Assembly (NCBI GenBank): GCA_951406725.2
Contig: OX597814.1
Coordinates: 87,606,001-87,670,000, forward strand
Direction of reading: 5' to 3'
DNA from: Octopus vulgaris
Lineage: Eukaryota
Length of the DNA stretch: 64,000 nt
The notes below the pieces were generated by a model. That model was not told where the DNA came from, made no database searches, and saw nothing but the letters and a program-made list of their open reading frames with translations. The translations under genes were made by a program, and so were the position numbers. Of this stretch, positions 38,529-51,494 are shown piece after piece. Numbering within the stretch: position 1 is the stretch's first letter; each line of letters begins with the position of its first letter.

Positions 38529-39911
38529 CTGAAAGAAAAGGTAAATTAGAGTTAATAAAACTAAGAAAAAACCCACAAAATGCTTATACAAATTGAATTA
38601 TTGAATGAAATGATTTATTATCAAAAATGTAACTCATTCTAAATAAATTCACTTAAAAGTAAATTGTATCTATATGTTGTTGTTTATGATCAAAGGCATT
38701 CAAGTCATAACTGGGAATAATGCACTTTGAGCTCTATTATTTAATTTGGTAGAATGGTTGGTATTTCTGGCAAGTGAAGAAACCTCATAGAAGTTTACCA
38801 ATAAGCTCATAAAGCAATAACGCAGATATACAATTACTAAGCATGTTAAAGAAACAGTTGTGCACTACACTCTACACATGAACAATATACAACTAAAGCC
38901 CTTAAAGTCATTACAAAGGCTTAAGTATCATGATCTCTAGTGATCTTTTAAGGTAAGCTCACATATATAACATTGCCATAGAATCAATGTTCTATATATG
39001 TGTATATATAATGTATCTCAAAAATTGGGGGTGCTACAAAAAATAAAAACTTCAGCTCCGATCAATTTCTGATCCTGTTAAGTTGAAGTAAGTACAACCC
39101 ATGTTGATGAACTGCTTATACTTTGAGACAATCGTATTGTGACACACACATAAACCCTGTACTGCATCCCAAAAAAGGCTGTTCAGTTTATTGTGAAAAA
39201 GCTTAATCAACAACATGCTATATGCACTATATTTTTTTCTTCCCTATAACTTCCTACAGCCTGCACTGTAGATTCTACTGAGACAATGATTTATATTACT
39301 CTAAACAAGTAATCTGTATACAATTTCCACCCAAGCTCAACCTGACACACAACTGTGTTTTTTCTCTTTGCCATCCTTACTGTTTTTCTCTTCCTAGATT
39401 CTGCATTATTTTCCCAATTCCTTCCTAGAACAGAAATCCTCTGTAACTCACATTCTAGCCATTGATACTAACCTACAGAAATTGAGGTATCGTAGATGCT
39501 TCTCTACCTCTAACCAAGTAATAAAAAACATGACAATAGTGGTTGCAACCTCAAGTTAGTATCACAAGTAGAACTATACTTGTCTCATATAATTTAATTC
39601 TTTGAAATTTTCAAGACTTAGCTAGCAAAATACTTTGCTATCCTTTTTTTAAATATAGAATTTTCACATAAAAAAATTCTTTTATCTTAGTTTTCTAATT
39701 CTTACATATTTGGGTAGTTTGGAACATGGCATACCATTGGATACTTTTTCAAGAAAACTCTCTCAGATATGAACTGGTCATGCTACCTCCTTTCCATTAT
39801 GTAGACTGATACAAACAGAATAATGCATCTTACTCAAAGTTAATTATTTTTGAGTAAGCAGACATCCAATCAACCATGTTTAACGAATATAAATATTAAA
39901 CTTTTACTAAT

Positions 39912-40660
39912 AAACTAGTCCGTTAGAAATCTGTTTGAGATAGAAGCAGTATATGAACCAAAATATATTGCTTATGGCCACTTTAACCCCAGGAAGACCT
40001 CCTCCAGCTGGTTTATTCAGTGTGCTTCTCGCACCCAATATTTATTGCAAGCAGGAGATAACTCCTGCCACCCTAACTTCAAGACCACCAGACACTATGG
40101 TTTTGATTTATATTGGATCTCTTTGGTGGTGGATACTCATTGCCAAGCATGGCAGAAGTTTACCTCATTTGCAATATAGAGAAAACAGTGTCATAGAATC
40201 ACTGATTTTGTAAGTAGGAAACTAGTCTGTTAGAAAATCTGTTTGAGATAGAAGCAGTATATGAACTAAAAAGTATTGCTTATAATCACTTTAATGTGAC
40301 TGTCCTCTAAGACATGATGACACTGCCATTTAACCCCAAGAGGACATCTCCGGCAGCTGGTAATAAACGAGCTGGAGGAGAAGCAATAATGTTTGGTTCA
40401 TATACGGCTTCTATCTTGAAGAGAATCTTTAACAGTCTAGTTTCTTAGTTACAAAATCAGTGATTGTATGACAATCTTCTATATATTGCAAGCGAAGTAA
40501 ACTGCCGCCATGCCTGGCAACAAGTACCCACCACCAAAGAGATCCAATACAGATCAAAACCACATGATCTGGTGGTCTTGAAGTTAGGGAGGCAGGAGTT
40601 ATCACCCGCTACAAATAAATACCGGATGCAACAACCACATTGAAGTGGCCATAAGCAATA
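39912..40660. repeat. Unclassified tandem-plus-inverted (fold-back) repeat in SWEET intron 5
   Basis: Direct repeat with period about 307 bp (39912/40219); 40381-40644 is an inverted copy of about 40016-40281. Confidence 0.75.
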
Positions 40661-40870
40661 CTTTTATTGTCATTTTAGTAAAAAGACATTTGTGCACATA
40701 TTGATACAGATATCCTTTCTTTTATAGAACATATTTTATTATTTGGAGTAAACTCTAAATATCCTTACTCATTTCAGGTAAAAGAAAAGAAAATCAACAT
40801 TTGACAATTTTTTTTTCAGCCACATGGGAAGTGAGAGTTACAATTACATTAACTTAACAAAAATACTGAC

Positions 40871-40990
40871 CTGCATATAAAAGTCTTTTAACAAAGCTCC
40901 ATAGAGAAACCATTCAAGAGCAACCACAAAATTGGCCGTAGCTAATGGAAAAGACATACATTCAGTGCTTTTGGTTCTAACCACGTGAAA
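40871..40990 (-). CDS. SLC50A1: SWEET1 coding exon 5
   Basis: cag|FHVVRTKSTECMSFPLATANFVVALEWFLYGALLKDFYMQ|gtcagt; 120 bp; MtN3 repeat 2 (TKST, WxLYG). Confidence 0.95.
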
Positions 40991-41299
40991 CTGGAAAATA
41001 ATTTTAAATTCTTCTATAAAGTCACAACATATTTTCATACATCAAAAAATGTTAGTTCATAGCAACTCTATTAATGATAAAGCCTATTGTCTCTGTCTGT
41101 CTCTTTGACAGACAGACACACACACACACAAACAAACACACACTCCAGACACACAATTTCATCAAAAAACTTTAGAGTTGTTTGGTAGTTAGGCAAAGTC
41201 AGTAATTAATAGGGGTTTTTTTCTATAATGCACCATTTTTGCATATTACAAGGGGAACATAAATCAAAAGGGTTCCCAATATGAATCAAACTTATTATC

Positions 41300-42700
41300 T
41301 TTGACTAGTTAACTTCCTTTGATAATTAATTCCTGCTTGTGTAGAACCTATTTTAGAAAACTTATTAACTAGCATCATTTCAGTTTATGTGAATAACCTC
41401 AACTGACGAACAATTGATGACTGAATTCTAAGTTGAAATCTTCACTTGAAATGTAGGGTTCTTGTTAGTACCACCCTTTTTTGGAAAGTAGATAAATGAA
41501 GACAATCAAATATTTTGGACTGGCCTTGTAATAATAAATATTTTAGTGTTTTTCTTTTGGTATTTCCTACATGAAAATGATCCTTGATTATATATGCTTA
41601 CCAAACTATGTTACCAAATTTGAGATATGGGTTAACTATAACTTGTAAAGCATTGGAAAGGCATAACTTGTCCTTTTTAGTAATCATTAAACAAAGTTCT
41701 TGGAATAAAATGTTGACATTTGGCAAGACAATATTCCCATTTAATGGGCAGTTGTTGATATTTTTACAATGTAGTGCTTTGTACTTATAACTATTCTTGG
41801 GGGCTCTAGTAGGATTAGTATTGAACTCGTAGGTATTGGAGGACGTAAGTCTTCAGATAGTTTGATTTTATATAACTTTTGTCTCTGTAATGCTGTCAGG
41901 AAAGTTTGGCATGGTAGAGTATGATAGCTTATGGCAAGGTAGGAAGTTAATTTTAAGTGGAAAGAATATTTTAAGTATTCTAGTTTTTACTTAGAGATTG
42001 CATGGAGCATTATCCCATTCCTATATTTATTTTTCTTATGAGTGCAACTCAATCTAGTTTTTGTGGTTATGTTAGGTAGATTTGGTTCAGTACACTGACT
42101 CTCGCTTTCTAAATTATACATATAGCTGAAATCATTGCATTTGCTGCATGGTATTGGATGGGTGTTGCTAAATTTGGTATTCCTTGTGTTTTTATTTCTA
42201 TCATTATCCTTGTTCTTGCTTTTGACATTATAATCATTATTTTTACTAACAATATCATTACCATTACTCTTAGCATTACTAATGATATTTATTGAGTAGG
42301 TGCTGTTCTTGTAGTTGCCATGATTATTAATATTATTTTACTAGCACAAAATTTATCAATTTTATTCTTAAAGTTTGTGATTTTAAAGTAGTTCAAGTTA
42401 CCAGGGATGGAATTTGTGTGTCTAGGTGTAGAAAAGTTTCATGATGATTTTTTTCTGCACTTTCATTAAACAAATATGTAGTGTGAATTTGAAGGTTGAA
42501 GTTGGGCATATATGTAATTTTTTTCTGTATAGTTGTTTCTATTAACAACCTCATAATAATATCAGACAACGTCATAAAAAAAATTTCCCATTTAGCAGAT
42601 AATTTAAATACTCAGATAGAGATATTTTTCATTATTCCAATAATCACACATGTATTATGATTAGATTCCCTGTGAATGTAGTATAAAGTTTCATTCAGCT
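41300..42700 (-). mobile_element. Very old Penelope-like relic (tentative)
   Basis: Only scattered RT-like fragments (PNFNLQIH.., FLHLDT) and GIY-YIG-like remnants; no continuous frame. Confidence 0.3.
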
Positions 42701-42856
42701 AATTGTAAAAAATTTAGAAGTTACCAACGTGCTCCCGGTGCCTGAGGAGAGGAAGCTAGGAGCATGTCTTCAGTAGCTGTCCAAAACCCTTAGGAGAGGG
42801 AAACTACTGTTAGAGGCAACAACTGGTGTTGCCTCTAACTGTAGTCAACTGCTACA

Positions 42857-44010
42857 AGAGTAAAAGTGATGCCTTAGAAAGAAGTAATTAAAGAGGTAAC
42901 ATAATTTTGGACCAAGCCATGAAAGTCACAGAAAGAGTTATAGCTTAACAAATTAGGAAGACAATTAGCCTATATGAGATGCAGTTTGGTTTAGTGCTGG
43001 GCTGAATTATTACTCATGTTCTCTTTTTAGTAAGGCAAATGCAGAAGTATTTGGCCAGAAGTAAACCACTGTATTACAGAAAGCATACAAATAGGTCCCT
43101 CACTTCCTGATCTGATGGTTGCTGTGGAAGCTAGAAATAAATGCTATCTGTGAGGTGAGAGTTGGCAATGAGTGCACCAATAAATTTTGTGTTCAGGTAG
43201 GAGTTCACCAGGGCTCAGTCTCCTCCTATTTATTATGGTTCTTCAGACCATAACAGAAGAGTTTAAGACTGATTTCCTGTGGGAACAACTCAACACTGAT
43301 GATTTTATTCTTATAGCAGAATCTATATTAGAATTATAAGTAAAATTCCATGAGTGGAAGCAAAACCTGGAATCAAAAGGCCTTAAAATTAACTTAGCGA
43401 AAACCAAAGTTATAGCAAGCAGGAAAACTAACAGAAGGCTAATCCTTTTGAGAAAATGATCTCATTTGATGTATGGAAAAAAATGTAGGTAGAAATTCCA
43501 CATTATGTACATGGGAGAAAACTATGGCCACATAAGAAGTACAGTGGAATTACAAGAAGGTTATCAGAGAAAGTAGACTTTATGGTAGAAGTGATGAGGT
43601 AATATTCACTTGTACAGAAGGATCCTTAGAGTTAGTACATAGCTCATGCTACCTAGGTAACTTAATTAACAATGAATGAGGTTGTTCTGAGAGAACAGTT
43701 GCTTACAAAAGAACCAACTGGAGAAAGTTTAGAGAAATATTACCTCTATTGGTAACAAAAGACTTCTCCCACAAAGAAGAAAGGCAGAACTTACAATGCT
43801 TGTGTATGAACAACAATGCAACATGTTAGTGAAATGTGGGCCACGACTGCAGAGGACATGTAAAGACTAGAAAGAAATGAAGCTGGCATACTTCACTGGA
43901 CAAAGTAATGAAGATTGCCAGCAAGATGCTGAGCCTCACTGAAGAGATAACAAAGGACTGAGATGATTGGTGATTTGCTGTGTTCCAGAAGACACATCCT
44001 TATCAGCAAA
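42857..44010 (+). mobile_element. Decayed RTE LINE RT region
   Basis: KSDALERSN.RG..LDQAMKVTERVI, EMQFG, VGVHQGSV, DDFILIAES, GLKINLAKTKV, with many stops. Confidence 0.8.
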
Positions 44011-45127
44011 AAGAAAATCCTAAAAGCTTATTTATACCTATGCCCTCCCCATCACAGTCTATCCCTGTCTATCTTCTCCACAATCCATCTTTCTACAGCC
44101 ATCCCTGCATCTATGGCACTATTTATACAGTTGCTGTAATTATGTGGGGGAAGAACTGCACGTATTTCATTCTTCTTCTATGCTACCAGTTATCCTTCTC
44201 CTTGGAACCACTTCCTTTATTATCCATCATGCTTTCATCCTTTACTATTTTATTTCTCATTGAATGCCCTTTCTTTGAAAACCCCCTCATATCTACCATC
44301 TCTTTTGTTCATCATTTGTACCTTTGGCCACCTCCTTTGTCCATGCATCCCTCTCTCACTTCCCCAACCAACACTTCATCTAGTCTTCCTGTTTCTCATT
44401 TGTTGACCCCCCCCCCCTTTATGTATCACCACTTATCACCCTCTCCTCCCCTCCTACCTGATCCACTTCTATTGTCCTTCACCTTACCCCAAATCTAAAA
44501 TTCAACCATTTACCACTTCTCCACCAGTGTTCACTTTTCACATCATTCACCTCTATCCCCATCCTAATGATTTTGTTACTCTACTTTCACACTCTCACAA
44601 TTACCCATTTACCTTTCCCAATCTTCTGACCTCTTCTCTCCTATATGTGCCTGCTGTATCTCAAGGGTACGCCCAGACATCTCAGCATTTTTTTTCTTTC
44701 CAGCTGGGGTAGCCATGTATCTCTTCTGCAACAAAACACTTGCTCCTAACCCCCTTTCAAATTTAGCCTCTCAACAATCAACATAAAGCCATACCAGTTG
44801 AGAAGGCTTGTCTTGTGAGTTATTTGGTGACCTTGCTAGAGCTAGTGCCATAAAAAAAAAGCACCCTGTACACTCTGTAAAATGGTTGACATTAGGAAAA
44901 GGCATCCAGCCATAGAAACCATGCCAAAGCAGACACAAGAACACAGTGCAGTCCTTTGGGCTGTCATATCTTGTCAAACAACCCACCCCATGCCAGAATG
45001 GAAGGCAAATGTTAAATGATGTGTGTGTGCATTCATATGGATATTATTTCCATATCCAAATAATAGTAATTGTAATTAAAAACAGGTTAACTAAGAGAAA
45101 TCAAAATAACACTGAATGAATACTTAC

Positions 45128-45289
45128 CACAGAAGCAAGAGGTGAACCATAAGAGAAAATACTAATAATACAACATAAGCGTCCAAGAAAGTCAATAGCA
45201 CTGGATTCATCAGGTAGGTAGAATCTAATGTAGCTTAAAGGTAAGAGCAGGAACACTATACCAAAAAATAACATTCGATTTAGATGTCC
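45128..45289 (-). CDS. SLC50A1: SWEET1 coding exon 4
   Basis: ttttcag|GHLNRMLFFGIVFLLLPLSYIRFYLPDESSAIDFLGRLCCIISIFSYGSPLASV|gtaagt; 162 bp; SPL motif. Confidence 0.95.
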
Positions 45290-45450
45290 CTGAAAACATC
45301 AAAAGGAATATAATAATAAGCAAGTATAAGTGAAAATTTTTAAAAACAAAAATATGATTAATAAGAATGGCTTCTGCATAGTCATAAAATCAAAACCTTA
45401 GATCAGCTATTGAAATGTTTTACAGATAGGAAATTGGAATGTTAATTTTA

Positions 45451-46074
45451 GGGTAGCAAAATGGCAGAATCATTAGCATACCAGGCAAAATGCTTTGTGG
45501 CATTTCGTCTGTCTTGACATTTTGAGTTCAAATTCTGCCAAGGTTGAGTTTGCTTTTTATCCTTTCCGGGACAATAAAATAAGTTACCAGTAGAACACTG
45601 GGGGCTGATGTAACTGACTTACCCCCTCCCTCAAACTTGCTGGCCTTGTGTTGAAATTTGAAATCAATATATCCCAGCCTTTCCTGAAGACCATTTTTGC
45701 CAACTGAAGATTCAGCTTGTTGATAACTTATGATACCTTCAACAGACAGGTTAATTAATATCAAAATAAATACATTGCGAAATATAAAATATTATGACCA
45801 GAAAATTTGTTATCAAATATTTCTTAATAACCCACAACATTTTTGTCTGTACAAAAAAATATAAAAGCAATCCAATTCTTACATATTGGTTTCAAATTTT
45901 GGCCCAAGGCCAAGTTTGGGCGATAGGTTAATTCGATTCCTCAAATTTTATTGGCCCTGAAAGGATGGAAAGCAAAGTCGAGCTTGGTGAAATTTGAACT
46001 CAGAATGTAAGGACAGGCAAAATGTCGCTAAGCATTTTGCCCACTGTGCAAACGATTCTGCCAGCTAGTTGCCT
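45451..46074. mobile_element. Pair of same-family SINEs in inverted orientation (45451-45669 plus; 45883-46074 minus)
   Basis: TGGCAGAATC..GAGTTCAAATT..GGCCTTG..AAATTTGAAA on the plus strand and its reverse complement downstream. Confidence 0.7.
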
Positions 46075-46159
46075 TCCAATTCTCATATATCAACAAATTA
46101 AAACAGTTAATCTTGCTTCCTAGAGATTTAAAGTAAGTAAAGAGTTCTAATTATTAAGG

Positions 46160-46490
46160 TACTGGCCCAGTGGTTAAAGTGTTGGGCTCACAATCATGAG
46201 GTAGTGAGTTTGATTCCCAAATTGGGTTGTGTGTTGTGTTCTTGAGCAAGACACTTTATTTGACATTGCTCCAGTTCATTCAGCTGTAGAAATGAGTTGC
46301 GACGTCACTAGTGCCAAGATGTATCGACCTTTGCCTTTCCCTTGGATAACATCAGTAGCATAGAGAGAGGAAGGTGGTATGCATGGGCAACTACTGGTCT
46401 TCAATAAACAACCTTGCACAAACTTGTGCCTTGGAGGGAACTTTCTTGATGCAATCCCATGGTCGTTCATGACCGAAGGGGTCTTTGCCT
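46160..46490 (+). mobile_element. tRNA-derived SINE
   Basis: TGGCCCAGTGGTTAAAG (A box), GAGTTTGATTCCC (B box), then GTGTTCTTGAGCAAGACACT. Confidence 0.75.
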
Positions 46491-47789
46491 TTTTCTAATT
46501 ATGAATGAAAAGTTCATGTTTGGACAATGGCATTGTTGGTATTTTAATGAGTACATTAGCTTCATTAAATGAGACAATTAGTGAAAGGATACTCACTACT
46601 TTTTCACAATTGAGCAAATGACATTAGAAGGGGTATTCAATGGTAAAACACTTGGTCAAATAAATTCATGCAAACATTTAAATTTGTACAATCTCATGCT
46701 ATATGATCAGCAAAAACAAAAAGCATACAAATAATAATCATAAAAAAAAAACTTATTCTATTTGTTTAACAACAATATTTCTAGTTGAGTTATTTTTAGA
46801 TGCCTATGATAACTGCAACTACAGTTATAATGTATATCAGTCACTTGTAAATGCATTTTACACTATATGCTTCACTAACTTCAGTTTCATAATATCCTCA
46901 TACCTGGTCAGCTCACACATGCCATTCATCCATATATATTGTTCTCATGATTCACCAGATCAGAACATATGATTATGTCAAAGATGTTTTGAAAACAAAT
47001 GTAAAGTAAAATTGTTAATTTTTAGTTGCTACAACTTCTCATAGTAATCTGCTTACAAATAAAGTGTTTGGGTCTTCCTTAGCATCCCATCCAACCTAAC
47101 TTATATCTCATGACCAATGTAAGTAAACTAACCACTTAAGCACTGATTAAATATGCTCCAAGAGGAATGAGGTTTAGAAGAATCTAAGGGGATGTTGTAA
47201 CCAAAGAAAAAAAAAATGAATAAGAACAGAATCATCATTTAACATCCCCTTTTCCATACTGGCATGGATTTGACAAGAACGGATGAGGAAGAGGGCAGAA
47301 TCAAGTTCTATGCCTGCTTTGGAATGGTTTCTACAGCTAGTTGCTCATCCCGACACTAATCACATAATAGAGTGTACTAGGTGCTTACTGAATGACTTTA
47401 GCACCAGTGAGGTTGCCAAGTATCTGCAAGATAAGACCCCTCAACTACCTTACTTAGATTCTGTCTTGCTACATGGGATAAAATTTTGTTTATCACTGCT
47501 ACTGTTGGATTTAAGTACAAGTGGATAAGATATAGCACACTACTTTTTGGAAAGAGACCATGAAGTGGAAGTGAAAGAAAAAGATTCATAGAGGAACTAT
47601 GTTCAATGCTTCACAAAGGTTTGAGGCAAGAGAAAAAAAATCAGCCATATTGGAGAAACATTAAAGCTTGCAACATTTGCATAGGCAGAAAAAAAAACAT
47701 TATGATAAAGAGAAAATTATGTCAAGTTCTCAAGTAGCAACTCTTTTAAAGACTTGGATTTTGATTTTTCATAGATTTAAAGTGATGTT

Positions 47790-48650
47790 TAAAATTGTAA
47801 GGATCTGTTATTAGACTGGATGTGTTGCGTCAGTAAACATGATGTAAAAGCAAGAAGATTGTATGATGATTTGCAGAAAATGGAATGTACAACTTTATAT
47901 GCCAAAGAATTTCTGGCTAATAAATGATAGCCTAAAAGGTCTAAGAGGCATCATAATTTGCACAACATGAAAATGAGTAGTGAAGATGTCAATGTTGATA
48001 CAGGGTCTATTTATTAATTATCCTGAGGAGATGAAGAAAATTATTGCTGAAGGAGGTTGTACATCAGAATAAGAATATAATGTTGAAATTGGGCTTTTCT
48101 GGAAGTACATATCTATTAGGATTTTATTTTCAGTTGAGAAAAATCAACATCAAGCTTTAAAATTTCAAAAAATCATGTGATACTTCTTGTGAGAGGAAAT
48201 ACTGTTAATGATATGAAAGTAAATCCCCTGTATGTGTATTAGACTCAAAATGCAAGGGCTTTCAAGGGGTATTTGATGTTCTAACTATCAGTGATTTGGC
48301 ATCCAAATAAAAAAAAGTTTGGATGAATACAAGCCTTTTTCCACAACAGATTTACAAACTTTTTTTTGCTCTGCTACTGAAAGGTACATTGTCAAGTATA
48401 ATATTTCTATCAAAATATTGTTCCTTTCAGACAATTCATCAAGCCACCCAGTGAACTTAAATGTTCATTCTTATAATGTGAGAGTGGGATATATACTAAA
48501 GAATATAACTTCTTTGCTCCAGCCAATAGATCAATGTATCATCAAATGTTAAGGCATATTTTATGAGAACTTTGAAACAACAACAAGGGGAAGGCAAAAC
48601 TACTTATGAAAAAATATAATGGATGCAGTAGATATTATATAAATAAAAGG
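47790..48650 (+). mobile_element. Decayed Tigger/pogo transposase relic
   Basis: RHHNLHNMKMS, YPEEMKKIIAEGG, GLFWK, ILFLSDNSSSHP, KNITSLLQPIDQCII. Confidence 0.75.
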
Positions 48651-51235
48651 ACATAACTACAGATGTATACACCCCTGATTTTGTTGCCTCATAACATCCA
48701 GAAAAAGGTGTTATGCAAAATAGATGGTCAGTCTCTAATGGTGGCAGAAAGTCAGCATCAAGATCTGTAAGACATGACACTGAATAATGATGTAGAAATT
48801 TGAAAATATCATTGGTGCATTGTTGAGATGCTAAGATCTCTAAGAGAAAGTTTGTCTAATGAAGAACTGATGACGTAAAAAACAAGAGGAAGCTGTAGAG
48901 TATGATGAGTATATAGAAGCTCAATTTATATATACTAGTAGAAACCAGGTGGTTTTCTGCTAGCCACTTGATAATATTTTCACATTTGATTCCCAATTCT
49001 AATAATTTTTATATTTTACACCTAATTATTTCTTTGTATAATAGTACTCACTTGCTTAGTAAATATTGCTTTCATTATTTTATCACAGTCATAATCTCTC
49101 TTTTTTAAACAAACATCAAGGTAGTCCAACTATGGAGTGGATGGCAGTTTGTTAAGTTTTACCTTCCCCTCAGCCCTGACTTTGTTGCCTTATAACATCC
49201 AGAAAAAGGGATACTGTTTAACAAAATTTTCTACAAATACTGCTTAGATGTTGTGGCTTCAGAGTATACAGGGATTTATGGGAAAGAATTTTTCTGAGGG
49301 GGTGGAGAGAGGAGTTTGGGAAAATTCATGCAATCCAACTTTTTCCCCTCACAACTTCCAGGAAATGGTCGTCTTTTAATGAAAGTTTATACAAATACCT
49401 TTCAAATGGCATAGATTATAATTACAAAGAAATTTGTGGGGAAATTTTTTCCCAAGGGAATGGGGAGAGGAGTTTCGGATCAGGAAAACCAAATAAGTTA
49501 AAACTATTCTTTTTCAATGGGGATTTTCCCCATTTTTTTTAAACCACAGCTTTTGAAATGATGGGGAGAGGGGAACATCTTGATATGAAAAAAAGTTTTT
49601 AAAAATATTTTTTTACAATATCTCTCCTCCTTCATCATCCCATCACAGACCTATTTTGGCCAATTTTTGTTGCACTTCAAAACATAGGAGTCATTTCAGT
49701 AAAAAAAAAAAATTGTTAATATTTTCAGAGGGAAAAATAAGTGATTTAAGGGAGATTTGGCTGTTGTTTCTAGCACAACAATCTGCCACATTTCTTTATC
49801 ACTCTCGCATGTATTGAGGTTTTTCAATATTTTTGTCCCCATAAATATATTTATATGCTAAAGAAAAGAAAATTTGAAAAATTATGAATTTTTTGCAACC
49901 AATTGTTAAAATACTGCAGAGCTTGAGAAGGTCATTACTGGCATTTATCCACAGTGATTTAAAGAATGAGTTATGTAAATGATAATTCATTTTAATAGCA
50001 TACTTTTCTGTTAGAAAATGTTTTTTCTTACACACACACATGGCTTCATTTGATTGAGGTGGGGGTAAAAATTTAGATTAGTTTTTTTTTTTGTTGCTTA
50101 TATTCTACCAATGGATCACGCGTGTGTTACGTTGGCATCATCATTCTATAAATTGTGTTTAATGGCAGAAAAATATTGGAAAACATTAATACATGTGAGA
50201 GTAAAAACAGAGGGTGGTTTGGGTTGTGCTAGAAACAACAGCCAAACCTCCCTTGAATTGTTTACCTTTTCCTTTGAAAATATTTACAACCTTTTTTCTT
50301 TTTTTACTGAAAAGGCTCGTCCCATGGTTTTTAATAATAATAATAATAAAATGGCCAAAAACCGGTCCAGCTAGTTATCATTGTAAGGCTTATAGCATTC
50401 CAAACAGCCATAAGAACAAAATCACTTCTTAATTTAAAAAAACAAAAAATACTGGTATATTAAAATATCATTTTATCAAAAATATTAAACAAACTCTGGA
50501 AACTGATAATATTTGTAAAATTGTGCCTCTTATCAAAGTTATACCCCTATTTTATCTAATAGCATGCAGTCATTCAACACAATCACTTAAAAATTATACC
50601 AGGATATTAAAAAATGTTCATTTTATCAAAAATATTCATTTAACAAACTCAGGAAACTGATAATATTCTCGAGGCGAGAGAGAGTGAGAGACTGTTGCAA
50701 ATGAAAACAGAAAATGCCACCTACAACAAATTAATATTGTTTATTATTAAACATTAAAATCTACTCTGCTGTGAATATTTAAATTTGTAAAACACTGGAC
50801 GCAGTGAATGCACAAATATTTAAATTTACAAAAAATTGGACTTAAAAAATTCAATAAACTTCAGAAATCAAAATTATAGGAAATTTCTTAGCATAAGAAT
50901 TTATAAAAATATTTCCAGATGGTCAAACCTTTAATAATTGCTTTCTTTTAGTAATTTTAGTAACTGTTACATAATTAATTAATTACAAAGAATATGGTTA
51001 AAATTTTAGAACTTATAAGAAGGAGTTCCGCTAGTTCTAAATGTGCTGATATGTTCCTTTTGTTGGTGCTCAGGATTTTACAAAATTTTTTGATTTCAAT
51101 AAATATTTTACAACAGTAGATAACAATATAGTTTAGATGAAGTACTTTTCCCTTTCGAAGAATAACTGAATATTTCTCAGCAGGTACTAAACCAATAAAA
51201 ATCAGCAATAAGCTATATAAGCATTAAGTACATAC

Positions 51236-51359
51236 CCGCTGAAGGCTGTATGTATAATAAATACACATGTACATGCCTTGTAATAAGGCTGCAACTGAGT
51301 TGACAAATACAACGGTAAATACTCTTCGGAGAAGTCCATACTTCAGCCACAAACAGGCA
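51236..51359 (-). CDS. SLC50A1: SWEET1 coding exon 3
   Basis: ttgcag|(S)ACLWLKYGLLRRVFTVVFVNSVAALLQGMYMCIYYTYSLQR|gtatgt; 124 bp; WLxYG and conserved Asn. Confidence 0.95.
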
Positions 51360-51456
51360 CTGCAACAAGGAAAATGTTAAACATACTTTACTAAGAAAAT
51401 AGAAAAAAATACCATTATACCATATTATAAGTTCTTGTGACTGATATATGATACAT

Positions 51457-51494
<38 letters not shown>

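Noticed and set aside
43980-44712. Pro/Leu/Ser-rich ORFs
   Set aside because: Pyrimidine-rich low-complexity sequence after an RTE relic; no domain.
49741-50257. Inverted 35-40 bp motifs about 440 bp apart
   Set aside because: Pieces of a very common repeat (GGAGATTTGGCTG.T.TTTCTAGCA) found throughout the window.
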